Source: Octopus sinensis (Eukaryota). Taken from it: a DNA stretch of 64,000 nucleotides. This document shows, one piece after another, positions 39,997-53,922 of this stretch (within the stretch, counting starts at the first letter, position 1; every line of letters starts with the position of its first letter). The notes beneath the pieces were generated by a model that saw only the letters and a list, made by a program, of their open reading frames with translations, was not told the origin of the DNA and ran no database searches. The position numbers were made by a program, and so were the translations under genes. The stretch is taken from the NCBI RefSeq assembly GCF_006345805.1, contig NC_043014.1, positions 41,540,001-41,604,000 on the forward strand, read 5' to 3'.

Positions 39997-40637
39997 AAGT
40001 AAATATCCTTCTTTCATAATTGCATGTAGTGGGAGTACTGTAAAAATACCGAGTGTTACTAAGGTTTAGCTTGCCAAACTGAAAACGCTATATGGTCTAA
40101 GAAAGAAAGAAAGAAAGGAGAGAAAAAATACACTTGGAAGAAAATGTTGAGAATGTCTGTAATTACATCGCCATGGCTAAAATAAGAATGTTTCGCCCAT
40201 TATTCTCGTTATCAGACATGTAATATGGAATATCAGCTTTATATTGCAGAAGCTGTCATTGTTAATAAAACGAAGGACCGACGTGACATGTTTATACATT
40301 AGCCTCGCATTATGACCTGGAGGCATGAAACGGAGATGAGAAATTTTAAGGGTCAGAGCAAATGAAAAAACGAATTAAGAATTGCATTATAGCTAGGGGG
40401 CATTTTTATATAACTAAAGTGCAATAGTACTTGCCTTGTTACATTAAGTCCCTCGGCGTCACCACCCTACTTGTATTCCCATTAGACTTTATCTCGGACA
40501 TTTTGCCAATTAGCTCCAGAACAGGCGTTATGATTCTTGTTCATTACTTTAAATAGCTTAGAGTATTAGCAGTAGCACGGACAGCTGTCCCCCTCTATTA
40601 TTGATAGCAGGACTCTCAGTTACAGAGATACAGCGCA

Positions 40638-40990
<353 letters not shown>

Positions 40991-41349
40991 TACATGTGTG
41001 TCGTTAATTCTGTATGTATATATATATATATATATAATATATATATATATAATATATATATATATATAATATATACATATATATATACCCACACATGTAT
41101 ATGCATGCTGGTATGTATATATTTACACATGTATATATCTGTGTGCGTGTATGGATATGTATGTAAACATATGTATGTGTATATAATTATGTCTGGTATA
41201 TGTATGTGTGTGTTTGTAGTGTTAATAATAGTAATAGTAGTAGAATTTGGAATAATAATTGAAGTACAACTGCTACTGTTATGTTTAAAGCAGTGCCCAA
41301 AAACCGGTTCACCGAGGAATTCTAGTGTGCCACGAGACGATACTAGGTT

Positions 41350-41559
41350 TTTTCCACAATAGGCACAAGCCTGAACTTTGTGGGAGGAGCTAGTCGATTT
41401 CATCGACCCCAGCACGTAACTGGTACTTATTTAATCGACTCCGAAAGGAGGAAAAGCAAAGTCGACCCCGGCAGAATTTGAACTCAGAATGTAGCGGCTG
41501 ACGAAATATCCCTAAACATTTCGCCCGGCGTTCTAACGATTCTGCTAGCTCGCCGCCTT
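41350..41559 (-). mobile_element. SINE D head + tail E
   Basis: Head GGCGGCGAGCTAGCAGAATCG, Meta-like block, tail GGCTTGTGCCTA. Confidence 0.8.
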
Positions 41560-42087
41560 TGTACAAGGAAATAATAAAGCAAAGGAACTAATATTTCATA
41601 CACATTATAAACGGAACTATACCCTTCATCAGGTGGCGTGCAAAAAGAAATCACTCCATAAACTGCAGTACAAGTTTATCAGTCACTGATGCTAAATGCA
41701 ATATCATCCATAGTTCATAAATGTACCTACACGATCTGTAGTAGAGGACTTACTACAAGTTACTTAACTCTCTTTTTGTTCTTTTTCTGAAAAGATTTAT
41801 TATCGAAATTGCAAAATACTTTATGGTTCATATAAACTTTCTGCTGAGCAGTATTATGAAAATTTCTTGCTCACAGTAATTATGTAATCTGTCAAGTATG
41901 TAAACGTCTCCCCCCATATTCATGTACATAAATACATACATATGTGTGTGTGTGTGTATGCGTTATTACTGACTATTTACACACTCAAATATGCAGACTT
42001 GCACACTTACACACACAAACACACACACACATACATACAGACACGTACGCACATATAAGGATGTCAACTAATGTATAGCTGTATATA

Positions 42088-42318
42088 ATTCTTTATTGCC
42101 CACAAAGGGCTAAACATAGAGGAGACAAACAAGGACAGACATATGGATTAAGTCGATTACATCGACACCAGTGCGTAACTGGTACTTAATTTATCGACCC
42201 CGGAAGGAAGAAAGACAAAGTCGACCTCGGTGGAATTTGAACTCAGAACGTAACGGCAGACGAAATACCGCTTAGAATTTCGCCCGGCGTGCTAACATTT
42301 CTGCCATTTCGCCGCCTT
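42088..42318 (-). mobile_element. SINE D
   Basis: Full copy; GTATAGCTG on both flanks. Confidence 0.85.
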
Positions 42319-42654
42319 GACCAAGGTATAGCTGAATGGTTAAAATAATTGTGCAGGGGTCACCTGGTCTTGATTTCGATGTTACTAATAATGGAAGAAA
42401 ATTGCAGGAAATTACGATCTACACCACATCACAAATATGGTATTACACCAAATATAAGCTTAAGAAAGAGTAGTGGGACAGTATGCCTTACAACGAAGTA
42501 CAGAGAAAAAGGACAAGCTTAGATCAATATCCTTGAAATAAGTTCAATAGTATAAACTATATTAACCAAATAAATCGCAATATTAAATGGAATTAAAATT
42601 AAATTAAATATTGTATATATATATATATATAATATATTATATATATATTATATA

Positions 42655-42860
42655 TATCGTTTTTGGATTTGGCTTGCCAGATTCCTTATGTGAGTTCGTG
42701 TGTTGAAGCATAAACAAACAAAAAGGAACGCAGCTCGGATAACGACATTTTTAGAAAAAATAAATAAGTATATATGTGGAAACTAAACCGGTGAGTGTGT
42801 TAAATAATAAGGCATTAAAAGGGAATAACTCTCCCTAGTCACAACAATATGCATATACAC
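42655..42860. mobile_element. PLE 3' non-coding fragment with an internal inversion
   Basis: 42658-42711 is collinear with 14022-14077; 42775-42860 is the reverse complement of ~14075-14145. Confidence 0.6.
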
Positions 42861-43419
42861 ACACACACACAACACACACCACACACACACACAACACACA
42901 CACAACACACACATATATATATATATATATAATATATATATATATATAATATAATATTATATTATTAACTAAAACAAATAACGCGTCCTAACTACAAAGA
43001 GACTAAATAGTCCGTTATAATTAAAGACCAACGAGTTCGTTACTTGGTAAACACCTCAAATTACTCTTAATTAGAGAATAAATAAATATATGTTGTTTAA
43101 ATCAACATCTGAACTTAAAAGCAACAAACACTGAAAACTGCTAAAAGAAAACTATACTATGGAAATTATTCTACATGTGACGAAACGCCACGTTCTGCAG
43201 AGAAATTAACAGAAACAATATTCGAAATACCAATATCTGTTAATAGGCGGAAGTCAGTCCCAACTACCCAACGGAATTGACGTTGTAAAGTATAGTGAAT
43301 GACAATTACCCAGCAGAATAGACGAAGAGATTTTGTACAGAACAGTGAATGAGAAACAACCCCCAAAACTACCAAATTGACTTAAACTTATCTTGGGTAA
43401 CAAAAAGAAATAGATAAAT

Positions 43420-43793
43420 ATTTATATATATATATGTCTGTGTGTGTGTGGCAGGTTTGGTAGCCTTCAACTAACACTATCTCCTCCGAGACCCTGCGGC
43501 ACAAGTTGGCCAAAACTGTTAGAAGGAGGCTTGCTCTTCGTTCCGTAGAAGAAAAAAATTCAAATCGGACCATGTTAAGACCAAAAATTATTAACATCAA
43601 AAAGGTGCTTTTTTTCCTATGAAAATCCCTATTTTTTTACGATTTTTTGACTACTGTATCGGCATTTTTGCGGTGTATTTCAACTAGAAAAATGTTCACT
43701 TAAAGAGTATAACAAGCTATATAATGCAAAAATTTTACCTTTCAAAAATTCCAATTCTAAAGGGTCGAAAAGAAAACAAACCCGAGCAACTAG
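43420..43793 (+). mobile_element. Helitron H1 copy with its 3' hairpin arm deleted
   Basis: Reverse complement of 4911-5290; ends CCCGAGCAACTAG|T. Confidence 0.75.
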
Positions 43794-43959
43794 TAAATAA
43801 ATAACAAACTAAAAAACTAACACATTTTACCATTCCAAGGTTAACTGCAGAACTTGAGATTATTCCATACTTTCGCAAAATATCTCACTGTGTTTCCCTA
43901 AGTAACAGTTAACACTTTTCACCAACCTTGTTCTTTCAACTGAGCCTTTTATAGATTAA

Positions 43960-44267
43960 CCCCTTACCCAACAATTATTTTGAAATTAAATGTATTTTTT
44001 CAGACATATTTTTTAATTGTTTTATGTTACTATGTTTTGAATGGTGATTTCGAGGTATATTTCAAACCTTATTTATTATGAATTTTAATTCAATAATATT
44101 GATTTTAAATTAAGGCATTGGGCAGAAACGAGTTAACCCTTTTTTAGACGAAGGAACTCGTTTGTTGTCAATTTTGGCGAGTCTATCTTTTGACGAGTTA
44201 ACTCGCCAGAGATGGAAAAAAACGATTTCGGTCAAAACGCATATATTCGTTTCTGCGGGGTAAGGGG
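43960..44267. mobile_element. piggyBac-like MITE
   Basis: TTAA|CCCCTTACCC ... GGGTAAGGGG|TTAA; TTAA at 43956-59 and 44268-71. Confidence 0.65.
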
Positions 44268-44520
44268 TTAAACCCTATTCAAAAATATTCCAACTTTATT
44301 TATAATTCTACCATATCTGATTGGAAAACACGTTTGAACCTATCCAAAGAGGAATTTTACAATCCACCTAAAGCAATGATACAATGCCGAAACTAAAACT
44401 ATCAGTCTTATCATAAATACACGTCTAAATCTTACCATCTACACTAACTATTCTCAGATCCATATAGTTAAACGCTTTTAAGGAGTCACCATTCAAGATA
44501 CGTGGGATATATTTTTTCCA

Positions 44521-44747
44521 GGCGAGCTGGCAGAAACGTTTGCGCGCCGGGCGAAGTACTTAGCGGTATTTCGTCTGTCGTTATGTTCTGAGTTCAAATT
44601 CCGCCGAGGTTGACTTTACCTTTCATCCTTTCGGGGTCGATAAATAAAGTACCAGTTTCGCACTGGGGTCAATGTAATTGACTTACTCCCTTTGTCTGTC
44701 CTTGTTTGTCCCCTCTATGTTTAGCCTCTTGTGGGCAGTAAAGAAAT
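44521..44747 (+). mobile_element. SINE D with 13-bp TSD
   Basis: ATATATTTTTTCC at 44507-44519 and 44748-44760. Confidence 0.9.
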
Positions 44748-44799
44748 ATATATTTTTTCCCAGCAAATATTCAAAATACACATAGGAATTAAATTTTTC

Positions 44800-45108
44800 A
44801 TTTTTTATGCGCCCTTTTCAAGCCTAGCCAGGCTCATGGGCCCGGTTTCCCGGTTTTTACGGCGTATGTGTTCCCCCCAGCTGAACGGGACGCCAGTCCA
44901 TCGCAGCGTTACTCAAGAAACAGGAAGAAAGAGTGAGAGAAAGTTGTGGCGAAAGAGTACAACAGGTGTCGCCCCAGCCCCTGCCGAACGTCGTGGAGCT
45001 TTAGATGTTTTCGCTCAATAAACACGCACAACGCCCAATCTGGGAATCGAAACAGCGATCCTCCGACCGCGAGTAGGTTGCCCTAACCACTGGGCCATTG
45101 CGCCTCTA
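44800..45108 (-). mobile_element. SINE head A + tail 3
   Basis: Head A plus tail ending GGCTAGGCTTGAAAAGGGCGCAT; AGGAATTAAA on both flanks. Confidence 0.85.
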
Positions 45109-45304
45109 CAGGAATTAAAATAGCATTTATATCTGAAGCATCTACTGAGTTGCTCACGAAACCTCTCGTTTTCCTTCGGTTTAGACTAGTGGTTGTCTAC
45201 CATTTTTTGCCACATGACGCCTTTGATTCCTATTCTATTGTACTGGACCCCTATAGACATTTGATGCTTAAAATGTCTCCTTATGTTTTTTATAATTGAG
45301 TTAT

Positions 45305-45549
45305 TTATTTATGCGCCCATTTTCGAGCCTAGCCAGGCTCATGGACCTGGTTTCTGTGGCGTATGTGTTCCCTCCAGTTGGACGGGACGCCAGTCCATCG
45401 CAGCGTTACTCGAGAAACAGGAAGAGAGAGTGAAAGTTGGGGCGAAAGAGTACAAATTGGGTTGAAAGAATACCACCCCCTGCCTAAGCCTCGTGGAGCT
45501 TTAGGTGTTTTCGCTCAATAAACACACACAATGCCCGGTCTGGGAATCG

Positions 45550-45553
<4 letters not shown>
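45305..45553 (-). mobile_element. SINE head A + tail 3, truncated at the B box by (CA)n
   Basis: Homology to 44800-45050. Confidence 0.8.
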
Positions 45554-45592
<39 letters not shown>

Positions 45593-45660
45593 ATCTAGTT
45601 GTCTGTTTATATCTCCTTCATCCTCTCTCTTTCTATCTATATATATATATATATATATAT

Positions 45661-45970
45661 ATCACTTCATCACGTGACCGACCAGGCTATCAGATTTAGC
45701 TACACATCGCTGGTCACAATGCGCTTCGCATTGTTTTAGCCTTCAAATGACGCCACTCCGCTGGCTAAGCGAGCAGGTCAACGGACAAAAGGGTGAGAGA
45801 AAGTTGTGGCGAAAGAGTACAGCAGGGATCGCCACCACCCCCTGCCGGAGCCTCGTGGAGCTTTACGTGTTTTCGCTCAATAAATACTCACAATGCCTGG
45901 TCTGGGAATCAAAACCGCGATTCTACGACCGCGAGTCCGCTGCCCTAACCACTGGGCCATTGCGCCTCCA
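45661..45970 (-). mobile_element. SINE head A + tail 6
   Basis: Tail ...GCATTGTGACCAGCGATGTGT...GCCTGGTCGGTCACGTGA; a tail fragment also at ~19015-19080. Confidence 0.8.
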
Positions 45971-45976
45971 CACACA

Positions 45977-46012
<36 letters not shown>

Positions 46013-46783
46013 TATATATACACACACACACACTTCCACGTACACACACACACACATATATATATATATACATAGTAAAATTGTGTGAATATATATATGT
46101 GCAACCATGCGTGTGTCTCTTACAGAAAGCTTTGCTCGCAAAAGAAAAAAAATATTATAAATTATATCTTGTAATATAAACCTAATGATCCCCTCTTTAG
46201 TAAAACCCTATGAGAGAAAGTTGTGTCTCTTTGGGGGATCCAAAACGATATCAAATACCTTCGAAACAGAAACCAGATTATCGATATGACAGAGATAGTT
46301 CCGTTTAATCTACGTCATGTTTTACTCATTAATCACACCTGCCTGCCTGTTTGGCTGCCGTATATATTTTCAGATCGTTACAGAACAATTAGTATCTTGT
46401 GAGTAAAAGCGACGACTATCTTCTGATTATTACGCTACTACGAACGTGTTGATTATAATTTTATCTTGTAAATCTTCGTATACATATTTCGTTTATACCG
46501 TATAAGTTTTCCGAATTTAGCTTCGTCATGTTCAGTACTACTTGCTTCATGGCGATATACTATGACATTACATAGATTTCTCATTGCAGTTAGAAAAGAA
46601 AAAGAAGAAAAACAAAAGATTAAAATAGTTTAAAGATAAGAATTATATTAGTTATTTATTGCTGTTTTGAAATCAGCTCCCGATAGATTAGAGTAATGAG
46701 AACTTACGTCATTAACGTAAAAATCACGTGAATTTTTACTCAGATGTAAAAGCGCGGACGTGGCTGTGCGGTTAAGCAGTTCG

Positions 46784-47233
46784 AGATCTTTTCCTTTCGA
46801 ACGGCAGTTTGTGACATAATTTCTAGGTAACTAAAAAAATTAAAACTTCGTATACTGGCAGAATGTGTTTATAAAACATCATTTTCTCTTGGCTTTATTG
46901 AGAAAATTCTATAGGTTGTAACATATTTCGTCTTTAATTTCTTGCATTTCGGCAATTTTAACCAATCACTGGCGTCCATTTAGGTAAACAACATTCTGTG
47001 CATAATGAATATGTCCCTCGTTTAAGAAACATATTGGGTTTATTTACATTTGTGAAGAAAAAAGATACCCTTCCCCCACCCCTAACCCTAACCCTAACCC
47101 TAACTAACCCTAACTTTAACCCTAAATCTAAATTAGATTGAAATGCAATAGATCGATACTAGGGTTATAATTATGGGTGACAATTTCATACGACACCGCT
47201 ATAAAAAACTTAGCGTTCAAAAGGAAAATATCT
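46784..47233. mobile_element. MITE with ~25-bp TIRs carrying an internal (CCCTAA)n tract
   Basis: AGATCTTTTCCTTTCGAACGGCAGTTT ... AAACTTAGCGTTCAAAAGGAAAATATCT; (CCCTAA)n at 47080-47125; partial copy at 34967-35075. Confidence 0.7.
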
Positions 47234-47459
47234 GCAGTTCGTTTTTAGAAATTCGTGGTTTTGCGTTTATTCGCATTGCACAGGTTATTTTGTGTTGGCG
47301 CGTGGTGATGCAGCGGGGAAGAGATGGGTTAAATATTTTCTATTAACTTATTAAACATGATGGGATACTTTTCCTCTTTAATCAGTTTTGGGACAATGAT
47401 AAACAGTTCCCTTCTGCAAAACTTCGGGCCTTGAGCCTATAACAGAAAAATTATGTTAA

Positions 47460-48005
47460 AGTGAAGGCGCGTGGCTTAGGTGTTAGTACATTCGGCTCAC
47501 GATCAAAAGATTGTTAATTCGATTCCCAGTGGGGCGTTGTGTCCTTGAGCAAAGCACTTTATTTCACACTGCTCCAGTCCACTCAGCTGACAAATATTAG
47601 AAGTACATGTATTTGAAGGGGGTTACCCTTGTCGTATTCTGAGTCACGTTACATCTCCACGAGAACCACGTTAAGGGTAAGCCTATGTGTGGAGTGCTCC
47701 GCTACTAGCACAATAATTTCCGTTCATCAGATCAACTGGAACCCTCGTCGGCGTAACAGTCGGAGAGCCAGTTAGTTGGTTGAGCTGGCAGAAACGTCAG
47801 CACGCCAGGCGAAATGCTTAGCAGTATTTCGTCTGCCGCTACGTTCTGAGTTCAAATTCCGCCGAGGTCGACTTTGCCTTTCATCCTTTCGGGGTCGATT
47901 AAATAAGTACCAGTTACGCACCGGGTTCGATGTAATCGACTTAATCCATTTACCTGTCTTTGTTTGTCCTCTGTGTGTTTAGCCCCTTGTGGGTAGTAAA
48001 GACAT
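47460..48005 (+). mobile_element. Adjacent SINEs: head C + tail 1 (47460-47770, diverged) and SINE D (47779-48005)
   Basis: Family motifs as above; tail E fragment upstream at ~47415-47450. Confidence 0.8.
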
Positions 48006-48426
48006 ATATGTTAAGATAAAATGTAAGGCAAAAAATAACGTCCTGATATTTAGTAAAATCTCAATAAACGGTATCAAATGGGGATTGAAATTACGTCTTT
48101 TGGTTTGGTCTTCTAGACACATGTCAGTCTAACATCCTCTGATAAAGACACTACTCACTTCAATAACATCCCAGTTACCTGCCTCGGTCTTCTTTATCAA
48201 GATAGGTATTCGTGCAACTGCCTCTATATCCACTTCCTCATCTCCTTCTCACTCACTCACTCACTCACTCACTGTCTTTCTATTCCTCTCCCCCGCTCTT
48301 CTAGTGTTTCTTTATATAACTCTCTGCTACGTCTTGTGTCTTAGTTGTTTCAATCTGAAATCATTGTTACTGCTATTTTTGCAAAAACAAATGAACATCA
48401 ACACGATACGATTTTATTTGAATATA

Positions 48427-48522
<96 letters not shown>

Positions 48523-48701
48523 CATATATATATACGTTCTTCTATCCAATATCTTTCTTTCTACAATAAAATCATCTCTACTTAATATGTCCGCTCTCTT
48601 AGGTTAGATCGTTCTGCCATACATATACAAACACTCAGACACAAACACCCATGCATTCACACATACTTAAACATACGCACAAACATATATATATATATAT
48701 G

Positions 48702-48734
<33 letters not shown>

Positions 48735-49307
48735 TATTATACATATATATATTATATATATACACGCACACACACATTCATATATACATATATATATATA
48801 TGCTTATATATATATGTATGTGTGTTCGTGTGTGTCTATATATATGTGTGTGTGAGTGTGTGCGCGCATCTGTGTGTGTGTGTATAATATTAATTGTGTA
48901 CATTTTTGCATTATTTATTTTTCTGCTGTTCTTTTTTTCATCTTTGGCAATATTAGCTGTTTATCTCCTTAAAGTTCAGTGCGATGTCGCTTTGGTTTCC
49001 GGTCAATTTCTTTTGGAAAGTTCTTTCGGACTTTTTCTTAATCTGTTTTCAAATTTTCACCTTCTCAGAAGAAGCTTTTTATTCAATGCCGATATATTAT
49101 ACAATAAAAGAGACGCCTGTTGCGAATAGAAACTAATTTCTTCTCTTATGCTTCACCGTTGTGTTTAACTTTGAAGAACTTTTACCAGTTCCATAAATGG
49201 ATTAGATGAGACTCATTTCACTGTCTTATTATAAATGTATGTACGTATGTATGTATATGTATGTATATATATATTAGTCTACACATACTTGCACATACAC
49301 AAACATA

Positions 49308-49377
<70 letters not shown>

Positions 49378-49655
49378 ATATACATACATATATTTATACA
49401 TACATGCATGCAATCATACACACACACATACCCACGGACACACATGCAAACATACGCTCATACCCATATACCCGCTGATACACACGCACACACACACATA
49501 TACATATAAATATGTTATTTTTATATACAAAAAACAATTTATTATTAAATTTAAATTGAAGGATCACGAATAGGTTTTATTAGAAAATATATTTATAAAG
49601 TCTTCAAAAAAAAAAGTTAACTGCGACTTATAAATTAATCAGTTTCTCCCCCCCC

Positions 49656-49701
<46 letters not shown>

Positions 49702-49757
49702 ATGTGTGTATGTATATATATATATATAGTATGTATGTATGTATGTATGTATGTATG

Positions 49758-49758
49758 T

Positions 49759-49791
<33 letters not shown>

Positions 49792-49864
49792 TAGATAGAG
49801 AGATAGAGAGATAGCTAGATAGATAGATCGATAGATAAAAAGATAGATAGAAAAGTAGATAGAC

Positions 49865-49895
<31 letters not shown>

Positions 49896-50020
49896 TAGAG
49901 AGATAGATAGATAAACAGATAGACAGATAGATCGACAGATAGACAGAGAAATAGATAGACAGACAGGCAGATAGACAGACAGATAGACAGACAGATAGAC
50001 AGACAGATAGATAGATAGAT

Positions 50021-50085
<65 letters not shown>

Positions 50086-50086
50086 T

Positions 50087-50117
<31 letters not shown>
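49758..50117. repeat. Compound (GATA)n/(GACA)n microsatellite
   Basis: Direct reading. Confidence 0.95.
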
Positions 50118-50118
<1 letters not shown>

Positions 50119-50565
50119 GGACAGGATTTAAATAAATAAATCCTGGGATAAGTTTTGAAGTATGACGAAGATTAATCTCGCTAACTGATGAAAAAACACA
50201 AAAGGGTCAAGATTTGGTTTCTTTTGGTAACAATTCAGAAGAATTCATGTTGAATGAGTTTCATATGTAATAAGTACGCAGTAAAAAGAAAGCTATACAT
50301 ATTAATACCGAGAGAAATGAAAGCATTAATGACACTGCCACTATCTCATCACCACCACCATCCACCGTCACCAACACCACCACTATCGTCAACGTCGTCG
50401 TCGTCGCTATGATGCTGTATCAAAAAGGAAAACGGTTCTGGTATAATGTAAGTCGATTCAACAATGATTAAAATATTCATTTCCTCGATTCCTGTGTACT
50501 TTTATAAAATATTATCACCAAATTACCAAATTACCATATTACCAAATTACCATATTACTTCATAA

Positions 50566-50827
50566 TAGGCGTAGGAGTGGCTGTGTGGTATGTAGCGTGC
50601 TTACCAACCACATGGTTCTGGGTTCAGTCCCACTGCGTGGCACCTTGGGCAAGTGTCTTCTCCTATAGCCTCGGGCCGACCAAAGCCTTGTGAGTAGATT
50701 TGGTAGGTGGAAACTGAAAGAAGCCCGTCGTATATATGTATATGTATTTGTATATGTATGTGTGTTTGTATATGTTTGTGTGTCTGTGTTTGTCCCCCCC
50801 CCACCATCGCTTGACAACCGATGCTGG
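50566..50827 (+). mobile_element. SINE B 5' half fused to a SINE D fragment
   Basis: Head and CORE-like block; switches to GACTTTGCCTTTCATCC at ~50829. Confidence 0.75.
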
Positions 50828-50974
50828 CGACTTTGCCTTTCATCCTCTTAGGGTCGAAAAATAAGGTGCATAATTTCGTGCATTATGTCTAAAGAAGAAA
50901 AGAATATCATTATGTATCAGCTGATGATGGAGCCTCTACATGGTTACTCGACTTTACGTAACAATAGCCAGGTT

Positions 50975-51185
50975 AGTTTCACATTTTGGCACAAGGCCAG
51001 CAATTTCGGGGCAAAGTTCTAATAGATTACATCGACCCAAGTGCTCAACTGGTACTAATTTTATCGAACCCAGAAAGTATAAAAGGTGAAGTCGACGTCG
51101 GTGGGTTTCGCACTCAGAACCTAAAGACGGACGAAATCCCGCTAAGCATTTTGTCCGGCGTGTTAACGATTCTATTCAGCCAGCT
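50975..51185 (-). mobile_element. Diverged SINE D head + tail E
   Basis: Meta-like block AGTACCAGTTG, tail GGCCTTGTGCC. Confidence 0.65.
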
Positions 51186-51387
51186 CAACACCCTAGTAAT
51201 GATAATTATTTTGCCACAAATCACACACCACCATCTCCAAAGCATAAAAAAAAGTATTGAAAACAAATGAAATGAAGCAATATATTACGAGATATACAGA
51301 GGAGATGGTCATGGTTGTAAATACTTGACCATAGGTCGGATATTTCATACAGCTAAACAGTGGCATATTACACAACATATAGCTAAT

Positions 51388-51540
51388 GGGAGACCCCCTT
51401 CGGTCATAAATGATCATGGGATTGCACCTAGAAAAATACCCTCCTAAGCACAAGTCCGGGCAAGATTGTTTATGGAAGACCAGCAGTCGCCCATACATAT
51501 CAGCCTCCCCTCTCCACACCACTGATGTTATCCAAAGACT
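51388..51540 (-). mobile_element. SINE tail 5 fragment
   Basis: Homologous to 8784-8915. Confidence 0.75.
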
Positions 51541-51954
51541 GACGAAATACCTATTTCTTTACTACCCACAAGGGGATAAACACAGAGAGGACAAACGGAT
51601 TAAGTCGATTATATCGACCCCAGTGCGTAACTGGTACTTATTTAATCAACACCGAAAGGATGAAAGGCTAAGTCGACCTCGGCGAAATTTGAACTCAGAA
51701 CGTAGCGGCAGACGAAATACCTATTTCTATTTCTTTACTACCCACTAGGGGCTAAACACATAGGAGACAAACAAGGACAGACAGACGGATTAAGTCGATT
51801 ATATCGACCCCAGTGCGTAACTGGTACTTTATTTATCGACCCCGAAAGAATGAAAGGCAAAGTCGACCTCGGCGGAATTTAAACTCATAACGTAACGGCT
51901 GACGAAATACTGCTAAGCATTTCGCCCGGCGTGCTAACGATTCTGCCAGCTCGC
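51541..51954 (-). repeat. SINE D dimer plus 11 nt of a third unit
   Basis: Junctions GAAATA|GGTATTTCGTC at 51721/51722 and 51551/51552; the last partial unit stops after GGTATTTCGTC. Confidence 0.85.
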
Positions 51955-52213
51955 ATGAAGAGATAGCAAATATAGTGCTGACAATATTTGCACCCGAATA
52001 TTAAGTTTCTCACTCAAACAAGCTTTTTCATTTCTGTACATTCAAATACATTCTTTGTTAGACAAGTAAAAATATCTTCTCTATATCAGTTTATAGAAGC
52101 ATAGAAAAAAAAAATCAATAATGAAATACGTTGTTTGTGAGAAAAGAAAAGTATATTTTAAATGTCATTTTATAGAAAACATTATTTTTTAAAAAACAAT
52201 AATGACCTCGGAG

Positions 52214-52485
52214 TAGCGATGGCAAGTCTGTGACACGCGTGTCAGCAGTGACACGCCGCAAAGTTTTAGATGTCACGCAATAGACTTTGAGAAAGAAATC
52301 TCCGTACAATACCATCATATAAGAAAGGTTATCTAAAACGAAATTACACGAATACATGTATGTGTATACACGAATTCACTGAAAACGACGATACACGCAT
52401 AAATATAAATGACACTTCAATAACAGGATTATTAAAGGTATTAAAATTTCGACACACGAGGTTAAAAAATGGTTCGCCATTACTA
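52214..52485. mobile_element. hAT/Charlie-like MITE
   Basis: TAGCGATGGCAAGTCTGTGACACGCGTGTCAGCAGTGACACG ... GGTTCGCCATTACTA; resembles Charlie/OC1-type ends as I recall them; no clean TSD. Confidence 0.55.
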
Positions 52486-52582
52486 TCTCACGAATTAGAA
52501 GCAACTAGAGACGGTATTGTCTTTTCATAAGTCACATGACTCATAAGCTTTGCAATTACGCTGAACCTATTATTTGCGTCAT

Positions 52583-52972
52583 GGAGGCGCAATGGCCCAG
52601 TGGTTAGGGCAGCGGACTCGCGGTCGTAGGGTCGCGGTTTCGATTCTCAGACCGGGCGTTGTGAGTGTTTATTGAGCGAAAAACCTAAAGCTCCACGAGG
52701 CTCTGGCAGGGGGTGGTGGTGATCCCTGCTGTACTCTTTCGCCGAAACTTTCTCTCACTCTTACTTCCTGTTTCTGTTGTACCTGTATTTCAAAGGGCCG
52801 GCCTTGTCACTCTCTGTGTCACGCTGAATATCCCCGAGAACTACGTTAAGGGTACACGTGTCTGTGGAGTGCTCAGCCACTTACACGTTAATTTCACGAG
52901 CAGGCTGTTCCGTTGATTGGATCAACCGGAACCCTCGTCGTCGTAACCGACGGAGTGCTTCCATATATATCC
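52583..52972 (+). mobile_element. SINE head A + tail 1 with 14-bp TSD
   Basis: ATTATTTGCGTCAT at 52569-52582 and 52973-52986. Confidence 0.9.
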
Positions 52973-53251
52973 ATTATTTGCGTCATATTTCAGGAACAAG
53001 TGTTAGCTACCAAGGAGGAAGTGTAAAGGTGGCCGATCAAACTGGTAGAAATAACAGGCAAATTTCCTTCAGACCACCATATTCTTGCCTTAGAAAAAGA
53101 AAGGAAATATCAAATGCTGAATTCTATTCGTATATACAAGAAAAGGAAAAGGTAAAAAAAACCCAGGTGAGGATTATGTGGTTGAAATGTCGTTCACTGC
53201 AGGTTTGAGCAATTAGGAAAACCTAATAACAAATAATATAAATATAAATAT

Positions 53252-53646
53252 GTTTTACTCGTTACAGACATGCTGGGGCACCACCTTGAAGGGTCTTTTA
53301 GCCGAACAAATCGGCCCCTGGACTTTTAAGCCCGACACTTATTCTATCGGTTTCTTATGCCAAACCATTAGGTTACGGGGACGTAAACACACCAGCATCG
53401 GTTGTCAAGCTGTGTGGTGGAGGACAAACACAGATACAAAGGCACACACACTCACACGCGCGCGCACACGCATATATGTATACGACGGGCTTCTTTTAGT
53501 TTTCTTCCAACACATCTACTCACAAAGTTTCGGTCGGACCGAGGCTATAGTAAAAGACAACTGCGCTAGGTGCTACGCAGTGGAGCCAAACCGGGACCAT
53601 GTGGCTTGAGAAGCAAGCTTCTTACCACACAGCTACGCCTGTGCCT
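53252..53646 (-). mobile_element. Diverged SINE B
   Basis: Family motifs with many substitutions. Confidence 0.75.
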
Positions 53647-53922
53647 TTAACAACAAGTTTATAGAGAAAAGTTGTCTTCATACACATCGTGTGCCAATAA
53701 TCCCCATAAGAAAGGAACAAATAATACAATGTGGCTGTAGGTCATAACACCCGGGCAACGCCGGGGTTCATTACCAGTGTGTGTATGTGTGAGTGTATAT
53801 ATATATATATATATATACCGGAGTAAACACATAAATGTGAAACAAGGTGGAAAAAAAGAGTACTCAAATACCAGGGTTAGAGTAAAATGCTTTATTTAAA
53901 AGCAGCAGAAATTCAACAAAAC

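Noticed and set aside
50921-50960. CTGATGATGGAG core-like match
   Set aside because: GAAA is absent; at best an unrecognisable relic.
52583-52655. SINE heads as functional tRNA genes
   Set aside because: A/B boxes are present, but there is no closed cloverleaf and each continues into SINE body sequence.
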